NCBI GenBank assembly: GCA_049966395.1
Contig: JBMFUT010000005.1
Span: forward strand, 1 to 31,065
Length of the DNA stretch: 31,065 nucleotides
Direction: 5' to 3'
Source of the DNA: Candidatus Micrarchaeia archaeon
GTDB lineage: Archaea > Micrarchaeota > Micrarchaeia > Micrarchaeales > CABMGC01
This document shows, piece after piece, positions 25,329 through 31,065 of the stretch. The translations under genes were made by a program, and so were the position numbers. Under the pieces are notes generated by a model. That model was not told the DNA's origin and did not search any database. It saw only the letters and a program-made list of their open reading frames with translations. Positions within the stretch are counted from its first letter, which is position 1; each line of letters starts with the position of its first letter.

Positions 25329-25618
25329 CGCTTTATTTGCTCCACGTCGCGTTGGCCTACTACTATGAACCTTGATGTAGCGTTGGAAAGCTTTATCTTT
25401 ACAACATACGCTGATCCGCGCTTTTCCACTATCTTGCCGACCTTGCCCCTGTACCTAGGATTTGGTATGTCGTTGAAAGTGCCCTTAGGCACTATTGATA
25501 CGGTATCGCCTACCTTTAGGTCCTTTACAAGCTTTGATATCGTCAGTCTTGAAGGCATGTGGTGCCTCGAAAGATGCCTTGACTTGCCCACAAAAAGCCC
25601 GTGCGAACGCATGCTCAT
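25325..25618 (-). CDS. rpl21e: 50S ribosomal protein L21e (divergent)
   Basis: 'RSHG...VGDTVSI...IPNPRYRGKVGKIVEKRGSAYVVKI'. ATG 25618 follows a GTGAT RBS. Confidence 0.88.
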   Translation of the reverse strand: MSMRSHGLFVGKSRHLSRHHMPSRLTISKLVKDLKVGDTVSIVPKGTFNDIPNPRYRGKVGKIVEKRGSAYVVKIKLSNATSRFIVVGQRDVEQIKR

Positions 25619-25649
25619 TGAAATCACTTGCAAGCATATTTGCTGAAGA

Positions 25650-25688
25650 ACATTTAAATACCTTTATAAACCATCTCTTTTAAATAAC
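25650..25688. promoter_or_regulatory. Divergent promoter region between rpl21e and the TBP-like gene
   Basis: Palindromic TATA-like words atttaaat (25652-25659) and tttataaa (25663-25670). Confidence 0.5.
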
Positions 25689-25702
25689 TTATGTGTGGTG
25701 CA

Positions 25703-26011
25703 ATGGCAAGCAAGAAGAAAGTTGCGATTCATCCTGATTTTAGGGTCGAGAACATAGTTGCAAGCACTGACTTGGGAGTCGACCTGGACCTTTACGCTAT
25801 AGCTAAGGCCTCCCCTGACATAGACTACGAGCCTGAGCAGTTCCCTGGGGCAATATGCAAAATACACGAGCCCAAGGCGGCGCTCCTGCTCTTCAAGAAC
25901 GGCAAGATAATATGCACAGGGGCAAGGACAGAGTCAGACATAAGGAAAGTGATAGACCAGGTAATAAAAATAGTCAAGAATCATACTATACAGTCTAAGA
26001 CTCCGGAATAG
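25703..26011 (+). CDS. tbp: Single-repeat TATA-box-binding protein (half-TBP)
   Basis: 'VENIVASTDLGVDLDL..IA...YEPEQFPG...EPKAALLLFKNGKIICTGAR' occurs only once in 102 aa. GGTG RBS before ATG 25703. Confidence 0.88.
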   Translation: MASKKKVAIHPDFRVENIVASTDLGVDLDLYAIAKASPDIDYEPEQFPGAICKIHEPKAALLLFKNGKIICTGARTESDIRKVIDQVIKIVKNHTIQSKTPE

Positions 26012-26013
26012 GG

Positions 26014-26652
26014 TCATCCTCTTATCCTGGACATTGCCGCCCTGTAGATCACATACAGCGCTATCCCGAATGCCGCAACTGCGACAGACATTATTAGTAT
26101 GTTGCTCTGTGCCGAAACTGCATAAGTGCCGAAAGCGTAGCCGAATAGGAGGAGTGCTATGTCCCATATGGCTGCGCCAAGCATCGAATAAGAGTAGAAC
26201 TTCCTCTTGTCCATGAGCGCAAAGCCTGCAGGGAAGTTTATCAGCCCCCTTACTAGAGGAAGCATCCTAGACACGAATACGGCGAATGCACCGTTCCTCT
26301 CGAACCACCTGTCGAAGGCATCAAGAGATTCTTTCTTTATGTGGAAGAGGCGCAGGTGCTTGTATACAATGTCCTTGCCTATGAAATAAGCGATGTAGTA
26401 GTTTATCGCCATTCCTACGAAGCTTCCTATCAGCACCACGACTATCGTGAATGGAAGGTATAGCGATCCTTGAGATGAAAAATATCCCGCCACTGGAAGC
26501 AGCAGCTCGCTGGGCACCGGAAGTGACGCGCTTTCCAGTATCATGAGCCCTAGTATCGCGGCGTAGCCGTATGCGTGTATGAATGCCGAGAGCGACGAGT
26601 AGGTCGAGGCGAAAATCGAAGAGATTGCCGAAAGCGCTATCACTCTTAGCAT
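26014..26652 (-). CDS. dedA: DedA family membrane protein
   Basis: 'LESASLPVPSELLLPVAGY', 'WFERNGAFAVFVSRMLPLVRGLINFPAG'. A TATA-like TTTATATA lies ~25 nt upstream of ATG 26652. Confidence 0.93.
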   Translation of the reverse strand: MLRVIALSAISSIFASTYSSLSAFIHAYGYAAILGLMILESASLPVPSELLLPVAGYFSSQGSLYLPFTIVVVLIGSFVGMAINYYIAYFIGKDIVYKHLRLFHIKKESLDAFDRWFERNGAFAVFVSRMLPLVRGLINFPAGFALMDKRKFYSYSMLGAAIWDIALLLFGYAFGTYAVSAQSNILIMSVAVAAFGIALYVIYRAAMSRIRG

Positions 26653-26847
26653 AAGAAAAGATTTGAACTGCAATATATAAATCTCTTGCACAGCAGCGCA
26701 TCACTCAGTTTGCCTAAGCGACTTCATTTAGCATAAGGCGCCGCGAGGTAGCTTCGATGTAAGTAGCGGGGAATATGCAGCATTGTATAGCAGTTTAAAA
26801 GTCTGCCTTTTCAATATATAGATGTGCATTGGGTTTCGGGTGGCGCA

Positions 26848-27285
26848 ATGACAACTGTAGAAGACTTGAAAAGGGGCTTCGAATTCATAGAAAGAGTGAG
26901 GGAGGAGACTGTCAAAAGCGTTTTTAGCGAGCTCGGCGCTGCAGTGGACGCTGCAGATGTGCAAGACATTAGCAAGGATGAACTTGTCAAACGCATAAAG
27001 GAAACAATCGATAGAATCGCTGAAAAATACGCCAAGGAAAAGAGTGTCGAGGAAGCTGAAATAAGGAAAGAGGAGAGCGGATTCAACGATGTGATTGCAG
27101 GCATCGAAAGCACTGAAAAAGAGGCGTATGAAAAGGGCCAAGAGGACGAATACGGCGAGATTTACAACGATATTTACAACAAAGGTTACAACGAGGGTTA
27201 TGCCCATGGAAGCAACGACGGGTATGGAAGAGGGTACAACGACGGTTACAACAAGGGATACAATGACGGTTATAACAAGGTGTAG
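26848..27285 (+). CDS. Acidic helical protein with C-terminal GYxx (FliH/Yae1-like GxxxG) repeats
   Basis: GGTGG RBS. Tail 'YNDIYNKGYNEGYAHGSNDGYGRGYNDGYNKGYNDGYNK'. Confidence 0.75.
   Translation: MTTVEDLKRGFEFIERVREETVKSVFSELGAAVDAADVQDISKDELVKRIKETIDRIAEKYAKEKSVEEAEIRKEESGFNDVIAGIESTEKEAYEKGQEDEYGEIYNDIYNKGYNEGYAHGSNDGYGRGYNDGYNKGYNDGYNKV
27163..27279 (+). repeat. Degenerate 12-nt coding tandem repeat (tacaacgacggt-like, ~10 units)
   Basis: Units such as tacaacgatatt, tacaacaaaggt, tacaacgagggt, tacaacgacggt and tacaacaaggga. Confidence 0.8.
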
Positions 27286-27294
27286 GATGATTGC

Positions 27295-28335
27295 ATGCAG
27301 ATAATAAAATTCTTTGACGCCACCAACACTCTCAAGTGCAGGGCAGACTCATTCGACGACCTTTATCTGCTACAAAGGATAATAGCAAACGGGGACGGCA
27401 TCGCAGCAAAGAGCTTTAGGAGGTTCAAGGCGAACGAAACTGACACAGGCTCCCAGAAGGAGGTCTTCGTCAAGATATCTGTAGAGAAGAGCGAGCTTGA
27501 CAAGACATCTGGCAAGCTCAGGCTCACTGGCAAGATACTTGAAGGCCATCCGGAGGAATTTGTCAAGATTTCAAGCTACCACACCATAAATGTTGGAATC
27601 GGCGACGTCATAGAGATACAAAAAACGGAATGGAGGCATTACATAATAAGGAGGTTAAAGGAAGCGGTAGAGGAAGCAAAAAGGCCTCGCTTTGGAGTGA
27701 TAGCCATGGATGACGAGCTCGCTACAATAGCTTACATACGCGGATATGGCATAGAGATAGTAGCTGAAATATACAGCCACTTGAGCAAGAGAATGAAGGA
27801 CAAGGAGTACGCAGAACAGAGGAAAAAGTATTTTGACGAAGTGATTGCAGCTGCGACACGCCTCGAAGTTGACAATATTGTGGTGGCAGGACCCGGATTC
27901 ACGAAAGATGACCTCAAGGCTTACATGGAGTCTGAACGCATATCCTTGAACAAGAAGATTTCTTATGTGCATGCAAGCAGTGCCGACAGGGCGGGGATCA
28001 GAGAAGCGATGCAGAGCGAGGATGTTGCAAGGCTTCTCGAGAGCGAGCACCTAAAGAAGGAATTCGCGCTGCTCAACAAATTCCTCGAATCGCTGCGTGT
28101 TGGCGCTGCATTCTACGGAGAGGAGCAGGTTGGAGGGGCATTAGAGTCGTTCAAGGCGGGAGTAGTGCTCGTTAACGATGACATGATAAACAATGCAAAA
28201 ACCCAGGAGCTCCTCGAAAGAGCAGACGCACAAAAGGTTAAAATAGAAATATTCAATTCTGACGATGAAGCAGGCGCGCAGCTCAGGAATTTCAAAGGCA
28301 TCGGCGCAATTTCGAAATCGGTGTTGCAGCAATAG
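27295..28335 (+). CDS. pelA: mRNA surveillance / ribosome rescue protein Pelota (Dom34)
   Basis: 'DDLYLLQRII..GD', 'LRLTGKILEG', 'YHTINV', 'VVAGPGFTK' and 'EAGAQLRNFKGIGAI'. Confidence 0.95.
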   Translation: MQIIKFFDATNTLKCRADSFDDLYLLQRIIANGDGIAAKSFRRFKANETDTGSQKEVFVKISVEKSELDKTSGKLRLTGKILEGHPEEFVKISSYHTINVGIGDVIEIQKTEWRHYIIRRLKEAVEEAKRPRFGVIAMDDELATIAYIRGYGIEIVAEIYSHLSKRMKDKEYAEQRKKYFDEVIAAATRLEVDNIVVAGPGFTKDDLKAYMESERISLNKKISYVHASSADRAGIREAMQSEDVARLLESEHLKKEFALLNKFLESLRVGAAFYGEEQVGGALESFKAGVVLVNDDMINNAKTQELLERADAQKVKIEIFNSDDEAGAQLRNFKGIGAISKSVLQQ

Positions 28336-28365
28336 CCGGTTAAAGATTATGCTGCCAAATGAAGG

Positions 28366-29403
28366 TTATGTTGTTATGTTGAGAAGCTGCATTCCTGGAC
28401 TGCAGCTATTGAACCATGCGGCAGCAATCTTGTCCACGCCGTTGTTGAGCGTCACAGAGTAAACGCCGTTTGTCGGGTATCTTGTTGCGCCCTGACCGTG
28501 CCATGCTGAATTGCCACTGACGTTCATCCATACATTGGAGCCGTATTCCTGGTAATATACCGCCATGCCGTCATCGGTCTCAAAAGTTATCCCGACAGTA
28601 GTCGTGGAAGGGAGGTAGATTGGCGCGTAAGCTATTGATGCAGTCGTGTTGTAAGGCGATGAGCAGTGAACGTTGTTGTTGTTCAGGCTAGAGTCGGTAA
28701 TTGGAAATGGCTGCACTTTTATGCCCATGAATGTTGCGCCTTGGTAGCTTGGAGTGCCGAATGCGTAGTATATTCTGGAGTTGTTTGAGTATGCAACCCA
28801 GTCGCCATTCTGCACAACCGAAAAAGAGCTAAATGGCGCCGGCACGCCGGAATACGACGGGCTGTTAATATTTGGAGGGCTGACGAATGATATCACGCTG
28901 AATATCACTTCTTCCTTGTTTGTGGGGGAGGTGCTGAAAGAGCCGCCATAAGAGGCGCTTGTGTAAGAGCAGCCGCCCTGCAGCACAGAAGATATACCAG
29001 AGCTACAAGACCTGCCGTTGATAGTGTAGAAGCCGTTTACAAGTATGCCTTGGTTTGGCGAATATCCCTGCATGGGCACTATGCAAGTCGAGAACTCTCC
29101 CGGAAGGACGAACGCGGGGTCGCACACGCCAGTGCCTGTGTGCCCGGATATCGAGACGCTCATGTTGGTTATGTTTATTGCGGTGCTCTGCGAATTAGTA
29201 ATGGAAAACGTGAGCAAAGAGTAGCTCCCATTGACGTAGAAGTTGAGGAAGTTGCATGTGGGGCCGCTGAATGCTGTGCACGACATAGGAAAAGTTGTCT
29301 TAGGAAGCACTGTTACAAAAAGCAATATGCTTATCACTATTCCTAAGGATATCATGAGGAAGCTGTAGGTCGACATGAATTCTATTGATGATTGCAGTCG
29401 CAT
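28366..29403 (-). CDS. Class III signal-peptide (type IV pilin-like) protein with C-terminal PA14-like domain
   Basis: N-terminus MRLQSSIEFMSTY followed by a hydrophobic helix; Cys pairs; C-terminal 'FETDDGMAVY...WHGQGAT...VTLNNGVDKIAAAWFN'. Confidence 0.75.
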   Translation of the reverse strand: MRLQSSIEFMSTYSFLMISLGIVISILLFVTVLPKTTFPMSCTAFSGPTCNFLNFYVNGSYSLLTFSITNSQSTAINITNMSVSISGHTGTGVCDPAFVLPGEFSTCIVPMQGYSPNQGILVNGFYTINGRSCSSGISSVLQGGCSYTSASYGGSFSTSPTNKEEVIFSVISFVSPPNINSPSYSGVPAPFSSFSVVQNGDWVAYSNNSRIYYAFGTPSYQGATFMGIKVQPFPITDSSLNNNNVHCSSPYNTTASIAYAPIYLPSTTTVGITFETDDGMAVYYQEYGSNVWMNVSGNSAWHGQGATRYPTNGVYSVTLNNGVDKIAAAWFNSCSPGMQLLNITT

Positions 29404-29530
29404 CGTTTAGATAACGCGCAACATTTATAATAAGTTTGCTTATTGCTGATGCCCAAGCGAACAGTAGCGAGCTGCGCAAAATTATTATAGCAAGAGATTG
29501 GTATCTAATATTATGATAGGAAAGAACCAA

Positions 29531-30313
29531 ATGTACTTCAGGCCAGTTAAGGCTCTTGGCCAGAATTTCCTTGTCAATGAAGGAGTAGCCAGAGCGGAGG
29601 CGGCGCACGCAACAGGTAAGAATGTGCTAGAACTGGGGCCTGGATACGGCACTCTTACTGCGGAGCTTTGCAATGAAGCAAAGCACGTTACAGCAGTTGA
29701 GAAGGACGCAAATCTCTACATGCTCCTCAAGGCAGAAATGAAATGCCCAAAGTTGAAGCTAATAGAAGGCGATTTCTTCGCCATGAGCGACGAGGAGCTT
29801 GAAATAGCAAACACTGACATACTGATATCGAACATACCTTACAACCTTTCCAGCAAGATGATTGAGTGGCTCTCATTGCATGATATAGAGGCGGTGCTCT
29901 GCCTGCAGAAGGAATTCGTCGAGCACATGCTTGCAAAGGAGGGCACAGACAAGTATTCCAAGCTGAGCGTGATAAGCAGCCTGACTTTCAGCATAACCAA
30001 AATAATGAATGTGTCGAAGGGAAGCTTCAGGCCCATCCCAAAAGTCGACTCCGCCATAATTTACCTAAAGCCCAGAATGGCTAAAATAGGCGCGGCAGAG
30101 CGTTCGGTAATAGGCATGCTTATGCAGCACAAGAAGAAAGTGCTTAAGAACGCGATTAAAGACTCGCGAATGGTCCCAGGCAAACTTGAAGACAGCATTG
30201 ATGATGAGCTGGAAGAATTCTCAAATGAGCGCGTCTTCAAGCTAAGCCCGGATAAACTGCTGCATATCGCTGAGAAGCTCGTTGATTTGGGAGTCTCATT
30301 TGAAAGAGTATGA
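29531..30313 (+). CDS. ksgA: 16S rRNA adenine dimethyltransferase
   Basis: 'KALGQNFL', 'VLELGPGYGTLT', 'AVEKD', 'SNIPYNLSS', 'LQKEF' and 'FRPIPKVDSA'. Confidence 0.96.
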   Translation: MYFRPVKALGQNFLVNEGVARAEAAHATGKNVLELGPGYGTLTAELCNEAKHVTAVEKDANLYMLLKAEMKCPKLKLIEGDFFAMSDEELEIANTDILISNIPYNLSSKMIEWLSLHDIEAVLCLQKEFVEHMLAKEGTDKYSKLSVISSLTFSITKIMNVSKGSFRPIPKVDSAIIYLKPRMAKIGAAERSVIGMLMQHKKKVLKNAIKDSRMVPGKLEDSIDDELEEFSNERVFKLSPDKLLHIAEKLVDLGVSFERV

Positions 30314-30955
30314 AGGTTCTTGCACTTCCTTCATAATCTCGGCGTTCCTTACGCTTTTCCTGAACGCTTCCTCTGCCAAATTTGAGCCGTCCTTTCCGAG
30401 TAGCGCCTTGTAGTGCATTGGTATTATTCTTTTTGAGTGAAGTGTGTTTGCCGCCTCTATTGCTTCTTCGACGTCCATGGTATAGGTGCCCCCTATAGGT
30501 ATCATCGCAGTGTCTGCATTCACGCTTTTCATTTCCTCCACAAAATCGGTGTCGCCAGCATGATATATGCGCTCGGCTCCAGCCTTTATGATATAACCAA
30601 CCCATCCGTTAGACTTCGGGTGGAAACCAAGCCTCTCCTTCCTGATGTTGTAGGCAGGTATCGTCTCGAAATCGATTCCCAGCACACTGTAGCTCTTGTT
30701 TGGCTCAACAGGCATTACATTGCTGTACGGTATCTTGGACTTGCTCTCCGCAGGCGCGACGAAATGTGTATCTGCAACTGCTATTTTCTTTATCGCATTT
30801 AAATCGAGGTGGTCGAAATGGGAATGCGTAATGAATATTATGTCGGCTTTGCCGGTATCAACATTTATGTTAAAAGGGTCTATGAATATTGTCTTGCCCG
30901 CTGCCTCAAAAACAAATGAGGCGTGTCCTATCCATTTTATGGTTTCGTGCGCCAT
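30296..30955 (-). CDS. Metallo-beta-lactamase-fold hydrolase (UPF0173-like)
   Basis: 'WIGHASF', 'IDPF', 'THSHFDH', 'YHAGDT', 'PIGGTYTM' and 'IPMHY'. GAGG RBS before ATG 30955. Confidence 0.93.
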   Translation of the reverse strand: MAHETIKWIGHASFVFEAAGKTIFIDPFNINVDTGKADIIFITHSHFDHLDLNAIKKIAVADTHFVAPAESKSKIPYSNVMPVEPNKSYSVLGIDFETIPAYNIRKERLGFHPKSNGWVGYIIKAGAERIYHAGDTDFVEEMKSVNADTAMIPIGGTYTMDVEEAIEAANTLHSKRIIPMHYKALLGKDGSNLAEEAFRKSVRNAEIMKEVQEPSYSFK

Positions 30956-31010
30956 CAAATCGCCTCGCGTTCTGGCATTGCTGCCTATTTCATATAGCAT
31001 GCAAAAAATA

Positions 31011-31047
31011 GTGACATCCTCCCACCCGTAAACGGCGTGGGCTTCCC
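31011..31047 (+). mobile_element. Probable IS200/IS605-family (tnpB-type) element end with subterminal hairpin
   Basis: gtgacatcctcccacccgtaaacggcgtgggcttccc: an imperfect hairpin cccac-ccg-taaa-cgg-c-gtggg flanked by 'catcct' and 'cttcc', resembling IS605/IS1341 ends. The window ends 18 nt later. Confidence 0.6.
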
Positions 31048-31065
31048 AAGCTAACGACGGTATAA

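Noticed and set aside
26012..26300. Frameshifted second TBP repeat
   Set aside because: This sequence is the 3' end of an intact dedA on the opposite strand, and no TBP motifs appear in the listed forward frames.
26692..26847. ncRNA/tRNA in the dedA upstream intergenic region
   Set aside because: No cloverleaf, box motifs or convincing stem was found. It is explained as a divergent promoter region.
27163..27279. CRISPR array
   Set aside because: These are contiguous degenerate 12-nt units with no spacers, in frame within a CDS.

Overview
Archaeal chromosomal DNA. Gene content, archaeal-type promoters and ribosome-binding sites, and the prepilin style suggest DPANN/Micrarchaeota, but this is inference. 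Housekeeping genes sit at both sides: KH-domain rRNA factor, top6B, rpo4, DUF655, rpl21e, DedA, pelota, ksgA and an MBL hydrolase. Between them lies a ~14.6 kb tightly packed minus-strand cluster (3729-18360) resembling a domesticated type-IV-secretion/Ced-like machine. It encodes six tandem CedA/VirB6-like membrane paralogs, two paralogous membrane-anchored proteins resembling the VirB4 N-terminal region, a VirB4/CedB-like ATPase, a free-standing copy of that ATPase's C-terminal domain, and several accessory proteins. A VirB2/CedA1-like pilin lies 4 kb upstream, behind GT-C glycosyltransferases and near a MoxR ATPase. No relaxase, VirD4 or integrase is visible. Other oddities are a TBP with only one of the two usual repeats, a PA14-like type IV pilin/adhesin, a shuffled rpl21e-rpo4-DUF655-ksgA operon, and an IS200/IS605-like end at the right edge. 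Two 100-N gaps interrupt genes. All family calls come from motif recognition by eye, not from database searches.
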